DNA of 59,417 nucleotides, filler included, from Sphacelaria rigidula (GCA_964200075.2; 10 parts of 10 records of this genome joined end to end with filler, not necessarily neighbours in it), one strand, 5' to 3'. Positions 36,700-50,292 are shown, counted from the first letter of the whole stretch. Made by a program: numbers and translations. Notes: generated by a model from the sequence alone, not told the origin.

Positions 36700-39600
36700 A
36701 CGAATAGCAATACTACTTCAAAGTAGTGTGAAATGAAGTCATGGTGAATATTCGGCCCGGAATTTCCGAGGCCGGCGCCTTGATTCTTCCCCTCTCGTCT
36801 TCCACACTATCCCTCCGGAGACGCGGGCGTAGGGAGACAGGATCAATACGTCATAATATCCTGTAGTACCTCCAACAACCGTTCCGTTGTTTCTCCATCA
36901 GGCCGAGACACCCAGCGGTCCCCCGTGACCCAACAGCCAAGACAAAAAAAACAAGAACGACCACAGCCGTCAGGAGGACCACTCCACCAAATCCATTTTT
37001 CCTCAAGGCTCGAGCGACCCTGAGGGTGCTGCTCGCTCCTTTCCATAACATGCAGACATTTCTTTGATATGCAGGACAACGACTATATCCACTGCTTCTC
37101 GTAGGAGGAGCAGCAGCACCAGCTATAGCTTCCACCACAGCCCTAGGAGTAACTACCGACTCCGACGATCCGCGCGCGTCCGACTTAGATCGGAGACGCA
37201 CATCACTGTTAACGACGTCTGCCACAATATAGTGCAACAGACCCACCCCCTCACGGGTAAGACAAAACCCACCACCACCCATCATCACCACAACTGGAAA
37301 CTACCACCGTACAAATACGCGCAACAAAACCACCGTCGACTGCATCCCTTGGTACCATCGACCCACGCCACGTGCCACCACCCACCAATCACTCGGTGTA
37401 TTAAAAAAAAAAGTGTGTATGCGTGTGTAACTGTGTGTGCGCATGATGCTGCTGCAGCCCCCTCAACTCTTGTCCCCATTTTGTTTCTCTTTTTAGGATC
37501 CAACGGGGAAAACCACGACTCACAAGAAGCAGCTGCTGCGCGCGGTTTCAATTCGAAAGTAAGCCAACACAGGCTCCAATCTCGATAGTCTCACATATGA
37601 ATGGGATCCTATAAATACTTCAAATACGTTCGCCGACTGCTGTCGACGGCAGGTGCTCAGAGAGACTAACCAGCGCGCACGTGACTAGTGTCCCTCTGTC
37701 CCCCTCCGCCCCCCTTCCCGATGTGCCGCCGCACATACATGAGAGCACATGCACATAATTGTCCACAAGGTAGCGAGGGCCCGGTGAATAACTTGTCGCT
37801 ATGGTACACGTCTGCAAAAATATGCGGCATGGATTTGCCCACTTGAGAAAACGCACACGATCGGACACAACACATCAAACACCGGGAAAATCAATCCAAC
37901 ACAGTTTTCGACAGACATCTTCGCGGCGAACCGGGGGGGAAGCGCCACGGAAGTTGCTTCTCAACCTAAAACATTGTTTAACGAGGAAAAGCATGGAAAA
38001 CAAAAACAAGAACAAAACAAAAAAAAACACAAGAGATATCTGCGTGCGAAACCAATTTTCCCCTCTCGTCTATTTCCTCCAAGTTTTTTTCTTTGGTTCT
38101 TTATGCTCCTAGAATTGAAAAAAAAACTTGCTCTTGCATAATGGGTTATCATCCATTGCTTCTCTTTTTTCTTCATCACCGGAACACACAAGCTCGATAA
38201 CAGAGAAGGGACAGATAAATAGGCGGAAAAGTTTACGAACTCCTCAACAGACGGATGATCATACCACTGACAACAGCGCACATGTCAACCTACTTCCAAA
38301 TAGTTCTGTATTGCCCTCCGATCAGTCATCTGGTTCATTTGTCTCCACGACAAACGAAGAGAGCACGTGCAACACGAATAACGACAACTACACTGTGACA
38401 TCCCGCATCCCCCGTTCTCCACCCCACCAGGGAATCATCATCGCCAGAAAATATAATCGTACACCGTAATGACTTGAGACTTTGTCTTCATCTCCTCCAG
38501 AGACACCAACCTGAACAAACCTACGAGTTTCGGAGAGCACAGCGACAAGGAGCGAAAAAAAAGAGTTTTTGTGCTCCATGTTTTTCTTCGCGCCCATGCC
38601 CTCCAACCCATGCCTCGATACAGGTAGGGGAAAAAAAAAAATCCGAAAATAAATTGAAGAAAAAACAAGAAACGTCACGAACACGCACGCATACGCCGGC
38701 ACACAGAAAAGACCCATAAAAGCACGCGCAAATTTCGACTCTGGAACCTCGCGTCATACCTGAACGCATCCACTCTCATATCGGCGAAAAAACAGCAACA
38801 ACAGCAGCAACAACGACGTACACCGAAAGATCGTGATAAAACCTTCCAATCTGACATGGCATTCGACCAGTCCACAGGAAGGGGCAACATACCGTGTTTT
38901 CAACTTGACGTGATGACGAAGTCCCCCCACACACCCCGCCGCCCATTTACCGAGGGTCTCGTCGAACTCCATTGGGAGCCCGAATTGTGTGTCAGAACAT
39001 GATATCCAACGACTAAAACCTTGCGCGAAACCAACACACAGCTATTGCGGGTGCGTAGACGCAATTGTCGTCTAACAAGCACCCATGGCGAAGGCAAACA
39101 AACGTCAAAATCGTGAATCACGCGTGTGCACGACTGACTGCCTGAGTGCAGTTTCTTTTCATCTCATATTTCGCCTTCCAAATAGAAACAGACAGGGGTA
39201 GACAAAAGACAGAGACGGAAGTGGGGAGGTGGGGGGGAGGGGGTAGACACGCACACAGATAACACAGAAAACACAGAAAAAAACAAGAAAATGTTTTGCA
39301 CTATCCGTCATAGTTTTATATCCGTTTAAAATCTTTCGCCGTAGAAGACGAAACACACTTTCACCTCCCGATTCCACACGCGCCTCCTTTCGTTCATGTG
39401 TCTCGGGACCACCATCGCCAATGTTGACCAAAAATCCCACTAGCTGACCCAGAACAAACTTTTGCACACGTCACGACCGATCCGCCCTCCTCGCTAAAAA
39501 CGACTACGTGCGGTTAAAAAACGTCTCAGTTAAAGAGAGAAAAAAAAGGGAGAAAAAGCGAGGGCGCAAACTAAACAGCTAGGTCACACAGCTACAAGAA

Positions 39601-41048
39601 TGGCATAAAACACAATCAGAACTATGGGTGGGAAGGAGACGTGAAAGGGAAGAGGAAGAGGCCCAATGGAAGCAATCAACCTAGCCGGTGGTCTGTCGTA
39701 GCCGGAACATGACTACACGGACGAATACAAGCACACACAACCCACACGTCCAAGAAAGAAAAAAAAAAGCGAAGCAAATCACACAGTTTAGTAGTACACA
39801 AATCTAAAAACATGAAAGTAAGGGGGCTTTGGTACCAAGTAGTTTTTTTCTCTTACGCTACACCATCTTTCCTTTCGTGGTCACAAAAGAGAGATAACAT
39901 GACACACTACAGGGGGGGGGAGGGGAGAGTAGGGGAGGGGGGCGAAAGCGAGATACCATCCCTCGTTTCTTGGTTTCACCTTCCCCATTCCATCCCTGCC
40001 CCCATTCTGGCGTATGACACTAGCACTCTCTTTGTTTCACCAACGGGAATATAAACGCTACGGGGCAACGATCGCGGTGCACAAGGCATCATGAATCAGA
40101 GCTCCATGTCGTTTCCGTGCCGCTACTCACCACATCAACAGATACCCCTCCGTCATCCCTTACCCCACCGATGCTCGGTAGCGTTCCACCAACACCAGCA
40201 CCCAAGCCCGGGATATGACATGCAGCCGCGGAAACTCCGCTTCTCCTGCGCGTGAAGGCAGGAATGGCGCGCATCCTTGGAACGCAACAGCGAAGCCGTG
40301 CGTTACCAGTCCGAGCAATGACTAACACGTAATAAATCCAACCCAGCGAATCCCGGAACCATACAACAGCCCCGCCGTCCCACTGACGAACACCACGCGG
40401 CTTCCACGGCTTCCAACACACGGGTGAAATCAAGGATCTTCCGTTCTCCCGCGAGGGTGGCGACGTACATACATCGCCATTTTCGCTTCGAGAAAGCAAT
40501 AAAAAATAAAATAAAAAACAGCCACCCCACGTACGCTCGGTGTGTCATTACGAAAAGAAAAAAAAAAGGCAACGAAAAAAAAAGAAAACACGCACACATA
40601 CAAACTTGTACATATACACACATGGTACACACCAGAAAAAATAAAGCCAAGCGAACGATATGGAAAAAAACACGGTGGGGCCGAGCGAGAGAAACCTCAA
40701 CAAATGATGGGGAAAAAAAAAGCCACCCAAAACAGTAGCCTTCCCTTGTTTCTCCTCTCTACATAACTACGATATTTTTCCTTGCCCTCCTGTTTTTTTT
40801 TTCTGTTGCCCATGTTGTCGACCCAAGAGCCGGGAAAGACAGCGACGTCGAGCCCATCTACCCACTCCCGCCAGCATCGAAACTCCACGTAATTTCTTCC
40901 AGACACCGTTCTCGCACACCTGTATGTGCTCAGGCGTAAGGTAAGGTGACGACACAAAAACAGCGAACACTAGGCAACCAACAGGGAGAGGGAACCCCGC
41001 CACAACACCACAACCACACCGTCTTCCATTTCCCTTCCCCGAAGGGTG

Positions 41049-41296
41049 ATGCTACGGTAGAGGGGTGCACAAATATTTTCCGAGATTAGAATTGCTACGA
41101 GCCCTTCATCTCATCCAAAACACTAATCATGAAATACGTGACCCTAAGCCAGGATTACTTTTCCCATGTGCTGGGGATATCCCGAATGAATTCGCAGACG
41201 GGGATACCCTGACAGCTACTCTCGTGGAGCTGGAATTGTTACGAGCCCCCGAGCCAGACAAGATTTTGCGCAAAAAGTGCACCCCTGCCGTGGCAT
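41049..41296. mobile_element. Small TIR element (MITE)
   Basis: ATGCTACGGTAGAGGGGTGCAC versus GTGCACCCCTGCCGTGGCAT. Confidence 0.5.
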
Positions 41297-41494
41297 TGCT
41301 CCGAAGCAAAACTCGATAACACACGTGTAAAAACATCCGCCACTAAAAAAACACTAGCCATTCACCATCACCAGCAACAGCACCACCATTACCACCCCCA
41401 CCATCACGGCTAGTTCCACCACCATCAATCGTTCGGCTGGCACACCAAATTTAGCAGCTGCACCAACCATCGTGCACGACGTTCCCCCCCTCCC

Positions 41495-41564
41495 GAGTGA
41501 GTTGCTCCGTCTCGAAAGGGATGCGTGGTCAATGGTCAAACGACTAAGGCAAGCAACAAATGAG
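41495..41564 (+). mobile_element. Very short LINE 3'-end fragment (type A)
   Basis: GAAAGGGATGCGTGGTCAATGGTCAAACGACTAAGGCAAGCAACAAATGAG, preceded by a C-run. The contig breaks where the tail would be. Confidence 0.8.
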
Positions 41565-44437
41565 NNNNNNNNNNNNNNNNNNNNNNNNNNNNNNNNNNNN
41601 NNNNNNNNTTAATTAATTAANNNNNNNNNNNNNNNNNNNNNNNNNNNNNNNNNNNNNNNNNNNNCTCCTCGAACTGTGGCGATGTCAAAATCGACGGGAA
41701 AGTCGATTGTTTCGGGTCTCACTCTGAATCTGAAACTACCCTCTGAATCTCACGAATATAGTGTTTTTGCTGCCACTGTTGATGCAGCCCACCGAAAGTT
41801 CTCTTTCTAATACTACTGGGAGTGTTTTTTTCATAGTTAACATTATTCTAATATAATTATTTTTTTATAATCAAATTTATAAATGAAGTGATGGAAGTTA
41901 CAATGATTTTTTTTCTTCTATTTAAGATATAAAATTTGAGACCATTATTAGTGTAGATGAAAAAAAAATGAATCCAAAATCGCTGACTGTGATAACATTT
42001 TTCGGTTTACGATATTTTTTTATTGTTTTGAAAAATAAATAAATCGAAGGGTGCACCACTCCAAGTCCAAGTATACTAATGTGTCAGATTCGTGCACCGA
42101 AGTCGGAGTGACGTTTTTCCGGTGACGGAAACTTACGTATGGGAGTTTGTACTGTTTTTCGCGAGGTCCAAAAGGGTTGATCAACACAACACAAACCACC
42201 GTAAGTTATTGCCTGGCTCGTACAGACAGTACAGTATACTGTAGCAATATAACTTCACAGAGTATAGTCATCAATCCTATTGGCTGTTTTTTTCACGTCT
42301 TGAATTTTCTTCACGTGTGGTGCTTTCTGCCAGCGGTTTGTGTTGGAAGATTTTCGTGTGCAGTCGGCTTAGTGTGAATACGACCCTTCTAATTTTTGCA
42401 TTTGGGTAAATAGTACTCTCGACGTGTATCACAACATTCGGTGTCCGTCTAATACGGCGTTGACAAAATTGACAGAAACTTGCAAGCACTGTGTTTCTGT
42501 TTGTGATAGCACGGTAAACACGAATGAATCCGTCTGCCATCTCGTCTCGGTATCTTACAGGAGAGGATGTTGAATCTGAGTTGTATGTACTGTGCCGAGT
42601 GCCACGCGACCAAGTAGATCTGAAAAAAAGCAATACTCGAAAGGAAAGTTGGGAAGGATAGATTCGATGGCCTTGGTTAAAACCGGCTAGATGGACACTG
42701 GGTATGTTCCTTGTCTCCGGCGATGACTTGATTCAGGGCTGTGTTGGCGGGTGAGCCTGAAAGTCCACATAAGCGGTGGCCTTCGATGTTGCAGGCTGCA
42801 CATGTTGTATCATCAACCATATCTTGGTTCGTTCCCAGATGTACCGACTGACAGCGAACAGCGACGCACACTCCAGTACCAGCTTACGATATTAACCGCG
42901 GAACTCTGTGCCGCGTATACCTCAACCGATCACCGTGTCATCACATCCACGATGTCCAGCAGATTGTGGCCGTATACCCGTTCTTCGCTGGAGCAGGCTT
43001 CGAGGAGGATACTACAGGGACAGCACCTGTGCTTGTGAGGGTGGAGGGGGCGCCCCTTCACTGTCCCTGCCCAATGCGCGGTGGTGACAGCACCTGAGGA
43101 GAAGGGACGGGGGTGGGAAGGACTGTTGACTGCCTTTCATCTTTGCCTTTTTTTCGACCCAGCTTCAAATCACAGACGAAGCACGGCACCTTGCTTTGTG
43201 TAGCACCGATGTTTACTGAGAATTGTCCATGCGGTTGATGTTCCGCGACGAACGTTGATCAACGTCCAGTATTGAAGCTTTTGGAACGAGAAGGTATTCG
43301 CGTTATTGTTGTTGGTCGATTTCTTCACAGGCGACGGATCATAAATTGAACACACCGATACAACTTCCATGCATCCGTGCTGCGGTACTACGTTCACCTT
43401 CAAGTAAAACACACACGAAGTAGGTGTACACTACAAATTTACCCGCGACCCGCGAAGAACGTTCTTTGGGTTGATGTGAGATTACAAGACAATTATTCAA
43501 CGAAATTGAAACAAAATCGCCTCATTTCTTTGGCTCAAAAAACAATTCCCCTCCCTAGTGCTGGGCGGGGGTTGCACCAATCCCGACCAAACATCCTCGA
43601 ACGAAATGCTGTACATCGGACCTAGTGCGGTTCGTGAGGGCTAGCAGGGCCGAAACGGTCCGGCATCAGTCACCTTCATCCCTGACGAAGAGGTGATATC
43701 TATAGACTAAATATACTGAACAACTTTTCTCAATAAATCTGAGCAAGTAGGTGTCACAAGTGGGCAAGTTCATGACTGCAAAAAACATGAATCGATACGG
43801 CAACCGACACCCCACCACTTGTCTTGAGCTTAGAGAACAACCTCACATCTACACCCCGCAATCCCCTTGAAATACGCGAATTACGTATCCTCTCTATGGA
43901 CTTGTCAAGCCACCTACCTACGTCGATATGTAAATTGCATTGCAGGTAAAATTGAAACTGTCACTGCGGCAGCACCAAGAACATACATATTTATAATTAT
44001 AGGTACATATGCACAAGGATGCTCCTTGCGGACGGGGAAACTGCAGCACTCCCTCCTAAAGACTGACTTTCACTCCACTCGGCCGTGCCATTTGGGCAAA
44101 ATCTTGCCGGTTATTTCCAACTTGCATCCCATCTCTGCCAGCAAAGTGCGGATTCACGTCCGTAAAAAACAAACACGCTGGCCCTATTTTCCCAGACCGT
44201 ACGTGGTGCACATGTGTTTACTCATCACAATGGAAGGTGCTATACTAGAACAAGCTGCACGGGCACGTGTGCCAAGAACTAAGAACACGCACATAATTTT
44301 TCTCTCATGTACATGCAAGAGTGCAGCAGAAAATACTTCAACATTTCGCTCTCCACCGCTACAATACAGTACGCGCACACCGCCGGTGTAACACTCCGGC
44401 TGATGAGTTACTATCCGAAGCGATCAACTCCCATCCA

Positions 44438-45993
44438 TCATTCGGGGCTGAACTCTGCCAAAGTGCGAAAGTGCGCATCCAAGGATGGCAATTGGCTCTC
44501 AAAATACTCAAAGCTCTTCACACTACCGTCGCTGCTCCACGAAACTCCGCCACCTGCTACACTCAGCGCGGCTGACGCACTCCCACGAGCCTCGGTACAT
44601 CTACCTTCCCGTACAACAGTGCTACGTACACGAGTTGAGCGGCACTCCGCGCTCCTGTCCCAGGCACGGCGACTGGCCCCAACAGAAGTCAGAAAGTCGT
44701 CCTTCTCTAGAGAAAGCCAGGGTCGGCAGGGATTTCTCCATTGGTACGGCGTTCCGTGCACGCGAATAGCGATGCCTCTGCGAGAAGCGAGCGACGCCAA
44801 AGCTGCAGGGTTCTCTGGAAAAGATCCCGTCAGATCTCCATTGCCTCCGTCGATCCAATGCAAGGCGACTACCCGATCAAATAGCCGCCTGGCGGCTGCG
44901 GATCTTTCCCCTTCGACGCCACCGCCGCCGGCGGTACTAGTGGCACCCCTAGCGACGATCTGTGATGAGGTAGGCACACCGCCGGCATTGGCATACTCTC
45001 CGCCTACCAATGCTGTGTCTGGGCTGGCAGCAATATTGTCGAGACCTCTGCGTGCGCTTTCGGCGGTGTGACTGTGATTGCCGTTGGTGTGATTATTACC
45101 ATCCATGTACGTGTGGACATCCGTGTGGTTACGATTATGAGTGCGGTCATGATCCATTTGATCGCTACTGCACCCCAACTGTCCTCTCGAAACTTCACCC
45201 AAAGTCGAACTATCTTTTTCCAGGCCGGGATCCTCTTCCTGCCTGTCCATGCACTTCCAATTCTCCCCTCCCAATTCTTGAGTCGCTTGGGATTCATCCG
45301 TGGTAGACCCAAGGGATGTCGACGAAAGGGTGGCCACAGAGCTGGAGGGAGACAAGCTTACCCCGGCGGGCAATTGAGTCAGTCCGGAACCATTTTCCTG
45401 CTCTCGATGTGCCTGCGTAACCTCACGTGATTCCTCACTCGATTCTTCCTTCTGTCGCGGGGCCTTTTTGGGCCTTTCCTTCGGCCTTGTTCGCCGATGA
45501 TGCTCATCCTCCCGGCACCAGCTCCAGTCGCACAACCCATCGCAAGAATCTTGACCTTCCCAGCTGCACTCAGATTCCGGACTCCCTGCCGCCAAATCTC
45601 CTGCATTGACACCGCCCCCGCCGTCGCAACCATCGCAAGCTATGCTGGACGGTGGACGTTTGCGAGTGAAACACTCACTTCCGCCTCGATAGCTCTCCAA
45701 GTACAGACAATCATCATCATCATCATCAGCAGCAGCAGCAGTAGCAGCATCGTCGTCATCTGGTCCACTCCAGCATACCGTCTGTTGTGATTCACTCGCA
45801 AGTTCTGTTACCATCTGGTTCAGAACCACGGCTCCTTTACTGAACCCGACGAGGGTAAGAGGGAGGGAGGTGTCCAATTCAGGGCTGTTCCGATTGGTAT
45901 CGATGTCTCCTGCTACTGTTGATGTAGCTGAGCTGCTTGCTGCGTCTTGTAAAAGTGTCTCCAGATGCAGGCATGCAGCACCTTCCGCAAGGT
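44438..45993 (-). CDS. C2orf69/UPF0565-like protein (alpha/beta-hydrolase-like), last exon
   Basis: LTLVGFSKGAVVLNQMVTEL, LHWIDGG, VHGTPYQWRNPCRPWLSLEKDDF and YFESQLPSLDAHF all match recalled C2orf69 family motifs. CAG acceptor at 45994-45996; TGA stop. Confidence 0.9.
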
Positions 45994-46034
45994 CTGTAGG
46001 TGTGAAAAAAGGCAAGAAACTTTCTTGGTAAGAC

Positions 46035-46195
46035 GTGTGTATGTATGTGTGTGTGTAACATTGTCTTGTCGCTGAATATTGCGAGGTGTTTCCCGGGAGG
46101 AAAAGATCCCAGATCGTGTGACTGCACCGAGATTCGAACCCACGACCTGACCGTCAGAAGGTTTCGAGGTTACCACCTGAGCCAAGCCGCCCCCC
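46035..46195 (-). mobile_element. Short tRNA-derived SINE in the C2orf69-like intron
   Basis: Minus strand TGGCTCAGGTGG (A box) and GGTTCGAATC (B box). Same head as the 49380 and 53819 copies, short body, (CA)/(CATA) tail. Confidence 0.75.
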
Positions 46196-46820
46196 CTCAG
46201 TACAACAGGCTACGCCGCGCTCAAGCCCGAATCGGCGCCGACAATTGACGGTGCGGCTGCAGGCCACACTGTGGTCGACGAGACTGGGCGGTGTAGGCCA
46301 CACCTTTCTCGTATTGGGGATACTCGTGGAGATATCGGCCACAACGCAGCCGCTTCCCGTCTAACCGAGGACGTGTAGGCGAAAGTGTCACGCCTACGTA
46401 TTAGTAGCGGGTACAATGATCAAACGTGTCCTAGCTACTACTGCAATGATGCACTGTGCATACACGTCGGCGTCAGTATCTGCATTATCAATTAACAAGA
46501 CTGCCACCACGCTTCATGATTAAAACCACAGAAACACTGATCGATTGATCATCGCACATCAGCTGATCCGCTGTCAATATAGTCAATTAGCCGTCGCCGT
46601 ACGATGTACGTCCTGTACTGTACTCAAGTGAAACCAACCGATACACTCGCTCAAGAAAATCCGAGAAAAGAGAAAGGTGGACAAAAGGGAACAGGGTCAA
46701 CTCCACACGAAAAAAATGGGGAAGGAAAGGAAAAGGCAGGACAAGTCGAAAAACGGCAGGCTTGAGGTGTACTGCCCGCTACACAATCGTACCAAGCAAG
46801 ACGCAAAACCCGAAACTCAC

Positions 46821-47005
46821 ACTCCGGGACGGCGCCTCCTGCTGAACAGTCCGTGCTGGCAAAGTTGTCGTACGAAGCTAGCCCGCCGTCCACGTGCTTT
46901 GCGGGAGACACTACGATCACTCCGCGCCCGGGAAATTTGTCCGCCAAGAGCTGCGCAGTGTTTTCCAGACTGTACTGCGCCCACTCTGCGTGCCCTGCCT
47001 TCAGC
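46821..47005 (-). CDS. C2orf69/UPF0565-like protein, upstream exon; gene is 5'-partial
   Basis: EWAQYSLENTAQLLADKFPGRGVIVVSP...LASYDNF (compare W..WSLENVA.IL..RFP...FSCYDNF). TAG acceptor and GTGAGT donor, in phase with the next exon. A further 60-bp exon at 47109-47168 is phase-compatible but unproven. Confidence 0.85.
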
Positions 47006-47615
47006 CTATGTTTTCAAGTCAGTCGGCGGCGACGAGGGAATTGATATGGACAGCAAGTTAGATCAGTACTGTGATTAGTGTCAGTCATCGAACAAAAATT
47101 GAAATTACCTAGGGCTGGCAGTAGTATGTATCAGCATGACAAGATCGGGGAGCGTTGCTTGGCACGCCCTGTGTTTGTGCAAGTGCTTTAACCCTTTTGG
47201 GACCGGGCCTCCAGAACGACCAATGAGGCTGGTCAAGAATGACGTGTCTGGCGTCTGCACGAAACAGTGGCGTTTTGCTGAAAATCCGCGTATGTAACCG
47301 CAGGGTCATGACGAAGACCGAACGTTTCATCCAAACTATTTTCAGGTGCAGGGTGCGAATTAGGTCGTGTACATCTGATGTAGCAAGCAGTTTGGGTCGT
47401 GGTAGAGAGCTTCCAACAAGATGGGGCGACCGGCGGGCCGCCCGCCACTCGTGGCTTTGGATCATACTTTTGTCCTCATTACCTTGCCTCACAGCCCTTT
47501 GTGGTCGGGGTGGGCNNNNNNNNNNNNNNNNNNNNNNNNNNNNNNNNNNNNNNNNNNNNTTAATTAATTAANNNNNNNNNNNNNNNNNNNNNNNNNNNNN
47601 NNNNNNNNNNNNNNN

Positions 47616-47850
47616 GAGGGGCGTACTCATTTGTTGCTTGCCTCAGTCATTTGACCATTGGACATGGGAAGGGGGGGGGGGAGAGAGGTGTACTCGTGAT
47701 CTCGAATGCCGTAGTCATATGATCATTGACCTCGCATCCCTACAAAGCTGGGACGGAGCACGCCGGGTTTTCGCCGGACCGGGCTCGCAATCAATCACCA
47801 AGCGCGACGCGTCGTGATATGTTCGGCAAGTCGCATGAGGGGTGAGCTGC
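47616..47850 (-). mobile_element. Two adjacent retroposon 3' ends (type A 47616-47665; type B 47667-47850)
   Basis: Reverse complements match 41520-41564 and 5953-6110 respectively. A poly(G) run (poly(C) on the element strand) separates them. Confidence 0.8.
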
Positions 47851-48375
47851 ATCCTGCTACGATTGCTCGGCCCGAATCGTACTGGATATCTTGCTTATAG
47901 ACGATAGCCTCCAATGATTCGCTTCATGGCGCTCGAGGCGATAATACGCGTTGACGGAGCTCTAGTCGGCCCTGTGGGCACCGATGTGAGACAAAAGCGG
48001 GTGCCGCGCAAGATGGGAGCACTCGGGATCGGGAGTTCCATCAAGATCTGGATCGGATTATCCTCTGTACCCACAAAAACAAAGTCATGTTTTAACCGTG
48101 GGACTCTGATGGCGAAATCGCGTAAACTCTTTTGGGGGGGAAGAAAAAAAAGGAAAGAAAAAGACGAAAAATAAATAAATACAAACATGTTGAAGCAAAA
48201 AAAAGGAAGCAAAGAAGCAAAAAAAAAGAAAAAGAGGAAAGAAACAAGATAGATACGAAAGCAGAACAAAACGAAGAATAAAGGTAATGAACGAATATAT
48301 ATACAAGAGAAAAAAATATATACGAAACAAAAAAGAAGCAGAAAAATAAGGGGGGGGGGGGAAAGAAAGTAGTAC

Positions 48376-48634
48376 CGCGTTTTCCCCGTCTTCTTGCCAG
48401 CACCACTCTCCGCCAGCGCAGCGTGGGGCCCCGCCGCGGCCTCTATCTTCATCATCTTCTCTCCGAAGTCCGAAGAGTACACCGTCACCGAACGGAGCCG
48501 GGCGCTAGGAGGGCAGAACGAATTGCACAGCACCATGAGATCTTTGGCCCGGAGGTGATCCCAGTCGCAGTTTGTTACGGCTACGCGCCTCGTAGTGTCT
48601 TCCGACAGCGGGACTTTGTCGCGGGAACGATCGC
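48376..48634 (-). CDS. ESF1: Pre-rRNA-processing protein ESF1, conserved-domain exon; gene is 3'-partial
   Basis: TRRVAVTNCDWDHLRAKDLMVLCNSFCPPSARLRSVTVYSSDFGEKMMKIEAAAGP matches ESF1 TRRLAV.NMDWD...AKDL...F.SF.P..G.I.SV.IYPSEFG.ERM..E...GP. The donor at 48375 is tentative. Confidence 0.9.
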
Positions 48635-48671
48635 CTTGAGGGTGTGTTTGGTGGTTCGTTCATGTGTCCAG

Positions 48672-48706
48672 CAGTAGTAGTAGTGATGGTAGTAGTAGCA
48701 GTAACA

Positions 48707-48777
<71 letters not shown>
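48672..48777. repeat. (AGT)n/(CGT)n compound microsatellite in an ESF1 intron
   Basis: Directly visible in the sequence. Confidence 0.9.
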
Positions 48778-48778
<1 letters not shown>

Positions 48779-49379
48779 TCATCATTATATATCAGCAGAA
48801 GACAGACAGCAGGCAGAAGCAAAAAGCACGGAATGGATCGTCACTAAGTTGATCTTCTGTGTACTTTTTGTGCATGCTTCGACGGCACTACAACATCACC
48901 GGCATCATCGCTTTCAAGTGTGAGCGTGAAACAGTGTTGATCTCGAATTGATCGATTGATTGATTGTCGCACATAACCTTTTGCACTATGTATACACGGG
49001 TTCGAGAGGTGGAGCCAATGTTTTTGGTTCTTGATTGATTGATTGATTGATTGGTTGTCGCACATAAATTAATCCCCCAGCGATCCAGCCGTGATCACGT
49101 TCAACGTGACGGAAATAAAAAGAAGAGGAAATAGGAGAAGAAGTGGTGAGCCACGGCTGACGCGCGTGGCAGCAGTGCCGCAGGTATGAACGCCACGGGT
49201 CTCGCACGCTTGGACGTCATGAGCAGAACGGCGAATAGCAAAAAATGACCCTGACATTGACCATAATTTATCAGCACAGGCATTGGTGTGTACGGTGCGA
49301 AGAAGTCGTTGAATGTGAGGCAGTCGTTGAGCAGTGTGTGTGTTGTGTTGTGTGTGTGTGAGAGAGAGAGAGAGTGTGT

Positions 49380-49744
49380 GTGTTGTCATCCCATCTATTC
49401 TGGACGCCAGTCTACACCTTGCGGTATATGTGGGCGCATCAGCTGGGGTTACACAGGAGGAAGGCCAACACCGGAGTCTTTATTTCATTCTATTTTAGTG
49501 CTCCCCCTTCCTTTTGCGGTGCTTGCCCCATGTTTTATCCCGGGGGGGGGGGTTTAGCGGTCCCTTCCCCTCGTCGACGGTCAAGTCGAATTTTGTGCAC
49601 CCACGACATGGTCGCTCTCCACTATTGGGCATGGTGCGGGAAAAAAACAAAATCTCACACCGTCTGACTGCACCGAGACTCGAATCCTCCACCCAATCGT
49701 CAGAAGGTTTCGAGCTTACCAACTGAGCCACCGGCACGACCGGC
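49380..49744 (-). mobile_element. Full-length tRNA-derived SINE (about 360 bp) with (CA)n tail
   Basis: Head GCCGGT...GTGGCTCAGTTGGTAA...GATTCGAGTCTCGGTGCAG. Aligns end to end with 53819-54173. Confidence 0.85.
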
Positions 49745-49987
49745 AGTCGTGCGTGAAAACACATGCATGTCATTCATGCTACCAACCTGTACATCAATCT
49801 CATGTGGATCTACAATAAGCGTTATTTTGGAGACAAATAGGTACCTTGGCAGCTACTCGCAAACCGAAAGGCTTGTTTGTGACACGTGCTTCAAGGTTTC
49901 CGTCTCAACATGAGGCGCTTTGGCTACGAAATTCAGAGTTCTTAGTTGTCCGCATTCGTGACGACTTCAGAGTGGCGTATCAAAATA

Positions 49988-50292
49988 CCACACCCTGGAT
50001 GATGGCAGTATATGGCCAATAGATGCAATGGACAGTAAATAAACTGGGTGAAGTATGGGCTTTTTGCAATTGTTGGCGGTTCGATGCAATCGACAAAAAA
50101 TACACTCGGTAAAATATGGGCCCACTGCAATTAATGATCGTTAGATGCAATGGACAAAAATATACCGGGTAAAGTATGGGCCTGCTGCAGCTATTGTCGG
50201 TCGACAATGATTGCAAATAGGTCAAAACTTTACCCAGTACATTTTTGTCCAAGGCATCCATCGGCAATATATTGTCATCATCCAGGGTATGG
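49988..50292. mobile_element. MITE with internal repeats of about 60 bp
   Basis: TIRs CCACACCCTGGATGATGGCAGTATAT / ATATATTGTCATCATCCAGGGTATGG. Internal GATGCAATGGACA...GGGTAAAGTATGGGC units. Confidence 0.75.

Noticed and set aside
36850..41030. Many short ORFs in contig 7
   Set aside because: Strand-biased low-complexity sequence, more like a long UTR or intron; no recognisable domain.
42677..42871. CAACNIEGHRLC zinc-knuckle-like peptide
   Set aside because: Non-canonical spacing and no supporting gag or transposase context.
44307..45071. 254-aa plus-strand ORF
   Set aside because: Antisense to the conserved C2orf69-like exon.
49670..49744. tRNA gene candidates (also near 1148, 7780, 46120, 54100, 55520)
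   Set aside because: A/B boxes are present but there are no paired acceptor or anticodon stems; they are embedded in repeats.
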